Origin: Octopus vulgaris
Taxonomy: Eukaryota
Length of the DNA stretch: 64,000 nucleotides
Reading direction: 5' to 3'
Assembly: GCA_951406725.2 (NCBI GenBank)
Contig: OX597816.1
Coordinates: 123,008,001 to 123,072,000, forward strand
Within the stretch, counting starts at the first letter, position 1. Every line of letters begins with the position of its first letter. The position numbers and the translations under genes are program-made. The notes beneath the pieces were generated by a model. The model ran no database searches, was not told the origin of the DNA, and saw only the letters and a program-made list of their open reading frames with translations. Below are positions 49,259 to 61,814 of the stretch, one piece after another.

Positions 49259-51154
49259 ATAATTATTTCTAATATATGCATGTTATCTCAAAGTTTGGTA
49301 CAGATTATGTTTGATTAAGATCAATCATGGTACTAAACAGATACTTATTTTATCACACAAGGAAGCTGAAAGCAATGATGGCCTCAACATGACCTCAATT
49401 CAGAACTAAAAGAATATGACAAAAAAAGAGGAAGTTATTTTGTTGCCCTCTCAACCATTTCTCTGTGCTGCTCATTTTCATTTCAGTTACTCCAACCAGT
49501 TTTACTTTAGTAAATATGAGATACAAAGAACATTTACCATGTAAAATGCTAATCAGGGCAAATGGCATTGGTTTCGTTGTTTAACTTTCTCAATATTTGA
49601 GAAAACTTTGATTGTAGTAGTTCAACCCCAGGTCATTGTTCTATTCAACACAGTGTCCATTGTTTAAGAAAGATTTGGTTGTTATTTTGTGCAGATTGAG
49701 CCAATGGGAAAATTGTTCCTCATTGTCTAAGCTACAATGAAAGTGGAGTTCACATGACTCAATAGTACTTGCATCTAAATAAATCTATGTCTAACTATGA
49801 TAATTTCCCAGAAATTCAGACAAAGTTCAAAATAACTGTGTTGTTGGAGAACATTAAATAGTGTTTTAACGTTTTATAGAGATCACTTTGGTGTAGATGT
49901 TTTCCTTTTATAACAGCAAATAAGAAAGTAATTCTTCTGGCAGATATTTTGAAGTATTATTCATTGTGATTATTTGGCTTTTCAAGATCAACCAATATAA
50001 AATGTAACAGAACAAAGAATTCAATGTTTTAAAGTGTCCATACGGCTATGTAAGATATTTATACACTGGGAAGTGCTTCTTGTACCAGTCACAGTATTGT
50101 CTTCTTTTTTTTTCTTCTTGTTTACCTGAACTGAAGTTTTGGTCTTTTATGTAAGTTTTCAAATTTTGTTTTCTCTAAATTTAGTTGCATATGGCTCATT
50201 GATGATGAGAAAGCAAAAGAGAAAAAAATTCTATAAAAGTAATTGATTTTGTCAAACATTCAAATCTGAGTTTATGTAGGTATTTTTTTTTTATGTATAC
50301 CATTATATGTTACAGATAAGAAAAGATTTTGTGCACAGCTACTTTATTAAAGAAATAATTTCCAGCTGGAATCACAGGGATTAACATTAATGTTATGTTT
50401 ATTGCAAGAATCTCAATTCAACATGGATTTGTTTTTATTTGGTTAATTTTTGTAACAGAGTTGTGGAATATTGTAATATTGCTTGCATGAATGCCCAGAT
50501 TAAACAAATGTATTAGCTACACTGTAGTAATATCGTGCATGATAAGACACAGAGGTGTGAAGATGTAAATTAATGAATGTCCTTGGTTTTATTTCTTTTC
50601 TTTACAATTAAACAAAGAAGTGCACTGCAGAAATAATTTTTAGGAAATCCTTTCAGAAAACAAAATAATTTCAATTTCTTTTAACATGAGAAATTAAAGA
50701 GAAAAGCATAGAAAAAAGAGACTTGTAATGTACTCAAAATGTTATAATTCTTATCTGTAAATTACACACAATGAGACAAGTTCTTTGATAACCATATATA
50801 AACATCCTTTTTTTTTCTGTAATGTTAGTAATCATGTAACTGCTCTACAACAGGAAAACTGCTCTGTTTTGGTCTCTTCTTTTATATTTTAACCTTTCAT
50901 CTCCTAACATATATCTGCCTCCCTCTCTATTGTAGCTCTACTCATATGAAGGAGATTTTAGACTAGAATGCTGACTGGTGATTTCAATAATGCTTGTGCC
51001 TTGAAAAAGTACTCAGTACACTCTGTAAAGTGGTTGGTAAGAGGAAGGGCATCTAGCAATAGGCACCATACCAAAGCAGACATTTTAGCATAATGCAGTT
51101 CTCCAACCCAAAGGTGTGAAAGTTTTGGTTTATGCTATATATATGAAGTTCATG

Positions 51155-51380
51155 ATAAGGCACCAAGCTGACAGAATTGTTAGAGCATTGGTAAAAATAC
51201 TTTGTTGTATTTATTCTGGCTCTTTATAGTGAGAGTTGAAATCTCCCAAAGTCAACTTGATAGGATTGATAAAATGAGGAACCATTTATCAACCTCTGTA
51301 GGATTGATAAAATGAGGTACCAGTCAAGTACTAAATTTGATGGTACCAACTACTCCCACTCCCCACATAATTTCTGAGCA
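51155..51380 (+). mobile_element. Degraded SINE family B with local duplication
   Basis: taggattgataaaatgagg occurs twice, followed by gtaccagtcaagtact. Confidence 0.6.
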
Positions 51381-51473
51381 TGATATGCTCTCAATTTTAA
51401 TGAAACCTTTCAACATTGGTATTTCTTTAATTGCATGCATTTGGTGATTATATAAATTTTTGGTATTTTCCAG

Positions 51474-51538
51474 AACTATTGCAGAAAGAGTTTAAAAATT
51501 AGGTCTCTTTCACTCACCTGTTTTATTCTAGTAATCAG
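51474..51538 (+). other. Candidate 65-nt exon
   Basis: Acceptor tttttggtattttccag and donor CAG|gtgagt; open frame NYCRKSLKIRSLSLTCFILVI. Confidence 0.35.
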
Positions 51539-51894
51539 GTGAGTAATTATTGATGACTTTAAAAAGTGAAGGAAGGGAATTTCCAAAGTAGTAATTATTT
51601 GATAGTCTAGAGAAATAGTAAGGGAATATGAATGGAAGAGTCAAGAGGAGGCATGGGAAATCTTTCTCAAGAAGTGGGCCACATGAGACAGTGCTCATCA
51701 TCAGGTGGATCACACTTTTAAAAACTTCAAGGTAATTTTTCATTAGTTGTGCTGTTAAGAAAGTCCTACCGGCTGCAGTTTGCCCAAGACCGGTCTAGAA
51801 TGTGCAAAAGTGAGTCCAAGTGATAACTAAAGTCTTTTCAACTTGTTACAAAATATTTCTATACAACGTATTTCAAAAGTTACATAGACAATAG

Positions 51895-52295
51895 TTACAG
51901 GTGTGGCTGTGTGGTAGTAAAAGGTGTGCTTCCCAATCACATGGCTCCAGGTTCAGTTCCACTGTATGGTATCTTGGGTGAGTGTCTTCATCTATAGCAT
52001 CAGGCCAATCAAAGCCTTGTGAGTGGATTTAGTAAATGAAAGCTAAAAGAAGCCTGTCATATATGTATGTGTGTGTATGGGTGGGTGTGTTTGTGTCTGT
52101 ATTTGTCCACAACCAACCACTTGAAAACCAGTGTTGGTGTATTTATATCCCCTAATATAGCAGTTCAGCAACTGATAGAATAAGTACCAGGCTTAATATA
52201 TAAGTGCTGGGGTCGATTTGTTCAATTACCATTCTTCAAGGCATAGCTGCAGTATAATCAATGACTGAAACAAGTAAAAAGGAAAAGATAAAAGA
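51895..52295 (+). mobile_element. SINE family A
   Basis: ggtgtggctgtgtggtag...ggttcagttcc...atgactgaaacaagtaaaa. Confidence 0.88.
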
Positions 52296-52474
52296 CATAG
52301 GTATGCAGAATCCTATCTATTTAATTATAAAAGTCATAGCATTAGATATATTAACAATAATATGACTATAGTTTTTCCTGTGTGAATATCATCACAGTAT
52401 TATATATTATCTAAATATTTCTTTATGATATTTCTTAATAACAGTTGTTACTGATATATATCTTAAATCTGTCA

Positions 52475-52858
52475 CAGTCATTTGACTGTGGCCATGCTGG
52501 AGCACCGCCTTTAGTCGGGCAAATCAACTCCAGGACTTATTCTTTGTAAGCCTAGTACTTATTCTATTGGTTTCTTTTTGCCGAACCGCTAAGCCACAGA
52601 GACGTAAATACACCAGCATCGGTTGTCAAATGATGTTGGGGGGACAAACACAGACACACAAACATATACACACACATACATATATATATATACGATGGGC
52701 TTTTTTCAGTTTCTGTCTACCAAATCCACTTACAAGGCTTTGGTCGACCCAAGGCTATAGTAGAAGACACTTGCCCAAGGTGCCACGCAGTGGGACTGAA
52801 CCCAGAACCATGTGGTTGGTAAGCAAAGTACTTACCACACAGCCACTCCTGCACCTAT
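52475..52858 (-). mobile_element. SINE family A (young)
   Basis: Closely matches 1248-1619. Confidence 0.92.
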
Positions 52859-53176
52859 ATTAGTGAATTTCTTGCTTATTGTTGTCATTTGTGAGTTGTA
52901 AAGGGGGATGTGAGTTATTGTTGTAAACATTGTTCTATAGGAGTAATTTAACATTGGTAAAATGCTATAATCCCAATTCACTATACAATAATTCTTGAGG
53001 ACTTAAAAAGCCACAAGCACCATTTCTCCCACACACATAAATGAATTAACTTAAATCATATAGTAATAAATTTGCATGAAATAAATTATATGCCTCCCCA
53101 CCTTATTATAATGCACATGTATGAAATTAATCTCTTATGTGCTTACAATACATAGTATACAACTATTTCCATGTAA

Positions 53177-53630
53177 GGAGGCAAGTGGCTGAGTTCCTTT
53201 GAGTGTTGGGCCTCATGGAGGCAAGTGGCTGAATTCCTTTTGAGCGTTGGGCTTCTCAGAGGCAAGGTGACTGAGTTCCTTTTGAGCATTGGGCCCCATG
53301 GGGGCAAAGTGGCCAAGTTCCTTTCGAGTGTTGGGTCTTATAGAGGCAATGACCAAGACCTTTGATGTTATGCCGTGCTTGAGAAGCAGACCCATCAAGC
53401 TGAGCAGAATCACAGTTACGGTGGATACTGGTGTTATGCATATGGCACCTATGCTGGTGGCCCGTAAAAACACCCATTACACACTTGGAGTGGTTGGCTT
53501 TAGGAAGGGCATCCAGCCATAGAAAACCAGGCCAAATCAGACTGGAGCCTGGCACAGCCTTCCAGTGTGCCAGCCCAGTCAAACCGTCCAACCCATGCCA
53601 GCATGGACAACGGATGTTAAATGATGATAA
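53177..53630 (+). mobile_element. RTE-derived short element with four 40-42-bp tandem units
   Basis: Units start at 53177, 53217, 53258 and 53300 and grade into the RTE ORF end at 53342; then 3' UTR with AGGAAGGGCATCCAGCC and a (GAT) tail. Confidence 0.85.
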
Positions 53631-54533
53631 TATTATCCATCCATATATTATAGTAATTTACTAGTGGAACCCATAAATATTTCATGGAATTAAGGGTAAA
53701 TTTATTGGGTAATTTCTGAAAACTTTATCCAAAAAACTTGAAAGCATAGCCTGTGTTGTGTCTGTATCAAAAGATAGTCACTCATCTATTACTCAATGAA
53801 AAAAGAAGGAAATTGATATACAATGATTACTTAATACACTTTATATACTTTATACACAATTTTATAGACTTAATACATAGCACTCTCCTGCTTTCTCTCT
53901 CATTCTTCACCTTACTCTCTTTTTTGCTCTTTTTCCTTTCGCTCTTTAACTTTCCCTTCAATTAATTATGTGAAAGGTATACAGATGGGGTAAATAACGG
54001 AGGTAAAAAACTTAGAAAAATTATGCATTTCACTCTCCACCACCTCTACTTCCCTCCCCCTCCCTATCTCCCCCTCCCCATTTCTCCTCTCCACTCTTCT
54101 CCTCTCTCTCCTCTCTCCTATCTCCCCTTCAACTAATCATGTGGAAGTGTTATGGACGGGCTATGTAATGGAGAAACAAGCAAAATTATTATAAGATGTA
54201 GCATTAGATAAACCCATCTACATGCACACATACTCACTAATACAAAAACATGTGTATAAAATTTTATATTTATTATGTTGAGTCTTTTCCACACATCTAT
54301 CATCTCATAAACAAATTATATCCACATGCTGTGAAAAGCATTGTCACGAATAATCACAAGACATTATTTACCTTTGCAAAATAATTATTGGTCATTCAAA
54401 TATTCTCACAAGCATTTGATATTTTCCTGTTCATTTCATTAACACATTAACTCTACTGAAGCAATATACAGAAAGATTTATTTTCCTGTTGATACACTTA
54501 CACACATACGTTTATACATACATGCAGACATAC

Positions 54534-54600
54534 AATATGGACTCACAGTGCATATGGACTTGCAGTGAATATGGACTTGTGGTGCATATGGACTTGTGGC
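54534..54600. repeat. 17-bp minisatellite, 4 units
   Basis: (a/c)atatggacttgcagtg variants. Confidence 0.9.
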
Positions 54601-55318
54601 AACAAGGCCAATAAAAACTGAAATCACATGTAGCAATGGCAGATAATTATCTCCTGCTAGCTATATAAATCCTAGTGTTTATATGTACCACAAGTACATA
54701 TGTGAGGTTCTCGCATGGTAACTATCACAGTATTCTGTGTTCTAACACAACATCCACATTTTAAGTGGGGATAAATATTACATTTTCATATTAATACTAC
54801 TTCTGTCACAATTAATTATATAATATATACATGCATTATATATAATAATATAAATAATATATAAATATATGCATATATACATACATATATGTACATGCTC
54901 TAAATGCGGAGTAGACGAAACAGGGACAACTGAAGAAGGGGAATATTCCTTTTTTGTATATCTTGTAGTCTGTTTTTTCGTTGTTTGAAAAAAAAGTTTG
55001 TTTCCATGTTTTTGTTTTTATGTTTTCGTTTCTCATTGTGTTCAACGTTTTGTTTTTGATGTCCTGTACCCATATATGCATGTATATATACATATAGATG
55101 TAGGTATGTACATATATGTATGTATATATGCATATATTTATATATTATTTATATTATTATATGATCGAATGCCACACATCCTTTTCCAAGTAAGTATTAT
55201 CTTACATTATATATATATCTATATATAATATTATTAGAGACAAAACCACTATTTTGCAAAACAAACAAGGAAAGACTTAATCAATACATAAAATTTTTAT
55301 AAAAAGTCAAAAAAACCG

Positions 55319-55361
55319 CCACTACAATTGTTTCTTGTCCTGATCGACAATCTTCAGGTGG
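55319..55361 (-). ncRNA. Canonical minimal type I hammerhead ribozyme motif
   Basis: CCAC-CUGAAGA-UUGUC-GAUCAG-GACAA-GAAA-CAAUUG-UA-GUGG; all core bases present, stems I and II perfect, palindromic stem III; element about 55230-55380 flanked by (TA)n. Confidence 0.85.
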
Positions 55362-55389
55362 ACTTCCAATCTAAAATATCAATATATAT

Positions 55390-55680
55390 ATATGATGGAC
55401 TCTCCCATATGAGTGTTCAGCTTCTGCTGAAGGACCTGCACAAATGATTTGTTTATAGTGATAAAATGTGCATGCCACACATTAGCTCATGCTATCTATT
55501 AAATTGATGTTAACTGAATAGGAGCATGATGTATACCACACGTCAGGTATCAAAGGGATCACAGAGCAACATTTGATGAAGCGCTTTGGTCAAGAACACA
55601 GCGCACCACTCAGTCTGGTTATTCAAACCATGATCTGGCAATCTTGAGTGTAATGCATTAAACACTAAGCTATATTCCCT
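55390..55680 (-). mobile_element. Degraded SINE family C head with another tail
   Basis: cagagcaacatttgatgaagcgctttggtcaagaacacagcgcacc...taaacactaagc. Confidence 0.55.
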
Positions 55681-55960
55681 CATCATCATCATCATCATCA
55701 TTTAATGTCCTCCATCCATGAGTGGGATGGTTTGACAAGAATCAACCAAGCAGAAGACAACATCAGACTTCTGTAACTGTTTTGGTAGGGTTTTTACAGC
55801 TGGATGCCCCTCCAAATGCCAACCACTTAACATTGTGGACTGGGTGCTTTTAAGTGGCACCATGTACTTGCACGACAAAAAAAAATCTCTTTCAAGAGGG
55901 GGGGAAGGCATTGGAGGAGGTGAAATTGTGTTGGCTGATGAAAGGCTACAGTGAGACATA
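55681..55960 (-). mobile_element. Orphan RTE-type 3' end
   Basis: (CAT)n, tttacagctggatgcccctccaaatgccaaccact, gtgcttttaagtggcacc. Confidence 0.8.
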
Positions 55961-55966
55961 AAGACA

Positions 55967-56001
<35 letters not shown>

Positions 56002-59000
56002 GCATATGTATATTTATACATTATTACTCTATGCTCTAGAATGTGATGAAGTGTTTTGCTCAAGAATACAGTGCACCATCCTGTCTGGTAACTGAAACCA
56101 CACACACACACACACACATGTATATATGAGTGCCATACTAATACATTTGTTTGTTTGTACTCCACCTGCCTTCGTCTTTTGTTTATTTTCGTAAACCTTC
56201 CCGTTATATATATATATATATATATTACTGCTCTATGCATTAGAGTGTGTTTGTTTTTCAGATATATGATATACTAACAATCCATCCGTGTCCACACACA
56301 CAGTGTCTTACAAAAGCAACCATATGATTTGCATTTAATAGCTGCACCAATGCTTCACATGTCTGTATATTCATGATTGAGGGGGAGTTGAATAATTATA
56401 TGCCTTCGTCTTTAATCTGATGAGTTGTCTTTGGGGCTAAGCCCTTTATGGATGTGAAATTTTGTAATTTATCTGGAAGTTAAGCTGACATCAAATGCAT
56501 TTGACTTCATACTTTGAACTTGTGTAAGGTGAGCAATGTCTCTAGTTAGTTTAGAAAATCTAAGATTTAGTTGTTAGGGTAACAGCATGGGGTTAATTCA
56601 ATTATGTTGTATTTAAATTTATCAAAAAGTTGGAGGGTAAATGTGCATGGAACATTCATGTGTAATCTATTATATCTTAATTCTAAAACTTCTCCATATC
56701 AATACAAAATATTTTTACCAAGATATCTTGGTCACAAAGACATGTGTTTTTAATAATGTTCTCAGAAATGAAAAGTGTGATTAAAGAAAGAATGAGTAAA
56801 ATATTGATAAATTAATTAAAAGTTTGCAATATAATTATACCTTTTACTAGCTACAGGATTCATATTGAAAGTTGATTCTTCCAGCAAGGTCACAAGAATA
56901 GAAACCATTGCTATGACAACCAAATATGCAGAAAGGACTGATGACTGGTGGTCTGAAATTTTAAATAAGAAAACAGATGGTCTGCTTTTCTCTTCTCTCT
57001 ATTGCTATAATATTATATACATCAGCTTAAGTGAGCATAACATGAAATTTATTACATCAACAAGATAAATTTCAGTAATTCTATGTTGAGATTATTATAT
57101 TGAGAGATCATAGTTTAATGATATCCTTTTGAAATTATGGTTTTTGAAATATAGCTTCACAGAAGTCAACCCTTTCACCTTTTGATTTTGACATGTATAT
57201 GTGTAAAATATTTGTTCCATTCCACTATGTACAACTAGCACTTGATACTAGGTATTTGAGCATCTGTAAATGTTACATGGGATAGCTAGGCGGATTTGTT
57301 TCTCAACCGCTCATGCCATGAGACCTGACCTAAATCAAGTTATTAAAGGTCCTTCACAACTTGATATATTATTTACATTATATAATATAAAATCAATTTT
57401 CTTGTCTTTAGAGAGTAGTGTATTGTTCAAATTCTGATTAATTTGTTTATCTCTCTTTACAGTTTGTATAATATTTCTTGTAAAAGATGAATTTATTGCC
57501 ATCAGTGTGAATGAAGAATTACAAATCAGATAGACAGTACATTATTCAGAAATAAGCTAAACAAACTACAGCTCAGGATCTCTCGATCTGCAGGTGCTGC
57601 AAAATAATTTAAAAAGCAAATATTTTCAGTTTTTATGAAACCTTCAATATAATTCTTTAACAAGTGTCCTCCCACATTTATAGTTGCTTCAAGTCTCACC
57701 AAATCTGAATTTGTATTGGAGGTAGATGACATTTGGAGGTGGTGGGTAACTTATGGATAAGATATGATGGGTGTATTAATACCAAAGTGGGAATAAATTT
57801 TTCTGTAGGAGGTATTCATGTTTTGCATAGGTTCAACATCTTTTTATTGCTGAACTACTGCTCAGAGGTTTCTCACACTGCTACTTCCCATCTCCTATGT
57901 TAATATTGTCTTCCTCAGTATAACACCAAATATTATCATTAAAAGAAACAGCATAATAGATTACTTTTTCTGTATATATATATATATATATAAGAAAATA
58001 TCCGATATTCAATACTGAATTTAAGAAACTATTTTACTTTTTCCACTACAACCACAAAATCCTGTCACTGACATCATATTTGTTTTCATTATCTATTCAG
58101 CTCAAATTACTACCTAATCTTTTCATTTCAACTACATTAAAAAATGTCTTATAAAAAGTGAAATAGTGGTTCATGGGTAAAATCTCAAATAAAGACTACA
58201 TAATTAACTTTCTTAATTGACATTGACGTTTTTTCCAGAAAATTACAGTTCTGAGTTGAGATTCTGAAAATGTCAAATTTGTTTTATTATTTTATGATTT
58301 GGGATTTAAACGTTAATAATAAGGCAAGACTAAATTATAAAATATAAGTTATACAGAGTAATTTTATTCTCTAAGTTATTTAGTCAGAAGAGAATGGAAA
58401 TTTTCTTGCAATCCCTCTCAAGGTTGTTGCATTTGAATCAGTTGATATACAGTATGTGTTTCATTGTAGGCTTATGACTGTATTGAAATATGAGCAGAAC
58501 ATATAAGTAGCATATCTATAATCAATGTAGTTCATAGAGTCCTACATAGAAGGCATTGTAAGAAGAGATAGAGATAAGGTATTGTGTGAGCTTAGTCAAT
58601 GGAAGTTCAGCCTACTATTTCAGAAGAGCATGAAACAGTGAAGGTAGTAACAGAAGTCAGAGAGAAGACATTGCATGTCAATGGCTTGATGGTTGTAGTT
58701 TGTTGGTGAGTGAAGATTTTACAATTAATCACATTGCTATTTTTAGTGTAGTTTGATTTTATGTTCAAGTATGGTCTTTGATTTTATTTTTAAGAAGTGA
58801 CATTTTCTCAAATTGTTTGGCTTTAGAATTTGCTACCATATTTATGGAATACTTCCAGGAAATTAGACATGAGCTGTTCAAATCCATTAATTCAATAATA
58901 CAGCAGGAATACTTAATGAGGATAGAAATTATTTGATTACAAGAACATTTAAAATCACTTGATTTTCTTTTTCATGTAACAAGGAATATTTTGCTTTCCA

Positions 59001-60458
59001 ATAAATCTAGACAAGGGTTTCTTAACTATAACAATTGCAAAGAGAGAAGAATTCTAAAACATTATTTGTCCACTGTATATAAAACAGAATGTCTCATATA
59101 AACTCTAAGTAATATCATAAATGTGGGTGGTGATACTGTAATAAATAAGTTGTCCAGACACTTGATTGGTTTGTCAATATTTCCTTGAACCATACAGGAA
59201 TTGCACCAATAAACTTGTTGACATTAGAATGAAATGCAGTCCAAAATTTCAGTAAACTCAGAATGACTTTAATAGTTTTGAAGAAGAAGGAATATTATCA
59301 AAGCAGTGTTTAATTACTGAAGTGGATCACAAGAGAATACATCACTGTCACAGGAAATACCTTCCAATGCTTTAAAAATCCTTGTTGTTTTTATGATATA
59401 ATCTATCTTACAATCATCTTGGTTACAGCTTTGGGATTGTGTTTTATTAACTTTCTTCAGTATTCATACTTCAAGCTAAATGGCATTTGATCATTTCAAT
59501 TGCTTTTTTTATATTTTCTTTTCTTTAATTCTTTATTCATTTCCTCTGCTGTGTCAGAACTTTATATATTACCTGTGTTGCTTTCTTTCTAGTTCCAATT
59601 TCATTATAACCCATACACTGCTATTTAATAGTTTTGTTTTTGCTATATTTTATTTTGGTATTATTTTTATCTCTTTATAATTCTCAAATTACAACAACAA
59701 CTTTGTGAGTTTATTCCAACCATTTCCCGTTATTTAACCCACTTTCTCATTTTGGATCTAGTGACTACAAATCAGATCAAATTTTGAAATGTAAACACTT
59801 ATTTGTATGAGAATAAAATCTGATCGTTCTGTCTGTTTTATTACTGTTGCTGATGGTTCTGTTGTTGATTTTTCTTCCTCCCAATTGAATGTAATTATAT
59901 TTGATGTTGACTACTTTTGTCTGTCAGTTCAGATTTATTTGTAGTGGATTTATAACAGAATTATACTCAATAATATCAGGGAATTATCAAATTACTTTAA
60001 GAATTGAAATGAAACAAACATGGGTTCTTATTATATTTTATTGACATCTTTATAAATAGTAAGAGAAAGGGGGTGGAACAGAAAGTAGTAATCAAGGTTT
60101 TCTGACTATTTAGCGATCCACTGGCTTGAGATATTACAACATGAGTTCTCCAGATATCAGAATATTCATCGTGAGCAAACAAATGAGCTGTAGAGAATAT
60201 AACAACTGGTGTTTGCATTACAGCTTGGAAAGAAAAGTAAAACCAAAGTTTCACTGTGAGCAGTGGATGCAGCATTGGTTCGGAATCTCTTTCTGTATAT
60301 CTTAGTTAATGTGGATATACTGTAAAAAACAACAGAACTGAGAAGTATCTTGTATAGATATAGTGTTAAAAAGCACAGAAGTATCAGGTCATCCCATAAG
60401 TTCTGTCTGGATTTTGAATAAAGAAAACCAGTGATCAAGTGTTATATTTAATTGAAAT

Positions 60459-61474
60459 TTAATCATCAATGTACTTTCCCTGATTATCTTTGACTTCCTT
60501 CCATCTATTTACAAGCTTTTTAATCCCATCAATGTAAAACTCTTTTGGTTTCAAAGCGAAGAACTCTGAAATGTTAGTTTCGAATTCCTCCTGGGTTGCA
60601 AAAGTTATGTCCCCCAAATGATTCTGTAAGCTACAAAACAAATGGTAGTCTGAAGGAGCAGGGTCGAGAGAATAAGGTGCATGAGGAATTTTTTCCCAAC
60701 CAAGCTCTTCAATCTTCTGTGATGTGATCTTTGCAGTGTGGGGTCGCGCATTGTCCTGATGAAACATTACTCCTTTTCGATTCACTAAAACAGATCTTTT
60801 TTTCTTCAGAGCTTGGTTCAATCGCTCTAATTGCTGACAGTAGACTTGAGCATTAATTGTTGCATTAGGTGGTAACAATTCAAAGTGAATTACTTCTTTG
60901 CAATCCCATTAGATAGAGAGAAGAACCTTTTTCCCATGAAGTTCCATTCTCAGTTGTGTTTGAGCTTTTTCCCTTTTACCAAGCCACTGTTTACAATGTT
61001 TAACATGTTGATAGAAGATCCATTTTTCATCATCAGTCACAAGTCTATCCAAAAAGGGTGAAATGAGTTTGTAAGAATGGAGAGAAGAGCAAATGTCAAC
61101 TTGGGATTCGCAGTTGCTTTCGGACAATTCATGTGGCATCCATTTTCCAAGTTTAGGAACCTTTCCATGTTGTTGAAGATGAAGATGAACAGTTGTATGG
61201 TTTGAACTAAATTTTATTGCCAATTCTTCAACTGATAATGTAGGATTTTCTTCAAGTAATGCCTCAAGGAGTTTATCATCAAACTCAACTGGACGTCCTG
61301 TTTGATCTTCATCTTCAAGGCTGAAATCTCCACTTCTGAATTTTGCAAACCATCTTCTGCAAGTTCTTTCATTCAAGCATTCTTTCCTATAAACTGAGTC
61401 ACTTCGGCTGCAGAGTTTCCATTTTTGTACTCATAAAGCATTGTGTGCCTCAAATGTTCTTTGGATACCTCCAT
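60459..61474 (-). pseudogene. Mariner transposase pseudogene
   Basis: MEVSKEHLRHTMLYEY, RRWFAKFRSGDFSLED, KWMPHEL, VTDDEKW, HQDNARPH-(34 aa)-PSDYHLF; one N-terminal frameshift and one in-frame stop at 60909-60911. Confidence 0.95.
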
Positions 61475-61537
61475 GTTAGAAAGGGTTTTAATCAAAGAAA
61501 TTTTACTCCTATTATTCTGTAAAATAATATTTAATTA

Positions 61538-61814
61538 TATTTCGTTTTTGGATTTGGTTTGCAAGATTCTTTATATGAGTTCGTGTGTTGCAGAATATTC
61601 TGTTGTGTCTGGGGAGAGTCATTTTCTTTTTGTGCCTTATAACACACTCACCAGTAAAATTTCCACTTTTTTCTTATTCAAAACTATTGAGAAGGTTGCA
61701 AGATGCAACGAAAATTTTAGGAAAATAAAAATAAGAAAAAAATTGGAATTTTTACCGGTGAGTGTGTTATATTATAAGGCACAAAAAGAAAATGACTCTC
61801 CCCAGACACAACAA
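61538..61814. mobile_element. Asymmetric palindromic non-coding element, copy 2 (inserted in the mariner 5' UTR)
   Basis: Same family as 7003-7326 in mirror layout; direct repeat AATATTTAATTA at 61526-61537 and 61815-61826. Confidence 0.88.
61684..61720 (+). ncRNA. Variant (U3-A8) minimal hammerhead-like motif
   Basis: CUA-UUGAGAA-G-GUUGC-AAGAU-GCAAC-GAAA-AU-UU-UAG. Confidence 0.5.

Noticed and set aside
50185-50240. Possible exon encoding MMRKQKRKKFYK upstream of the 51474 candidate
   Set aside because: Weak donor, and the splice phase gives an in-frame stop in the next candidate exon
54895-55075. GAAAC and CTGAAGA plus a hairpin in a (TA)n-flanked relic
   Set aside because: Motif order and pairing do not make a hammerhead; possibly a PLE tail remnant only
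59997-60275. Minus-strand 92-aa ORF with acceptor-like sites
   Set aside because: No recognisable domain or strong donor
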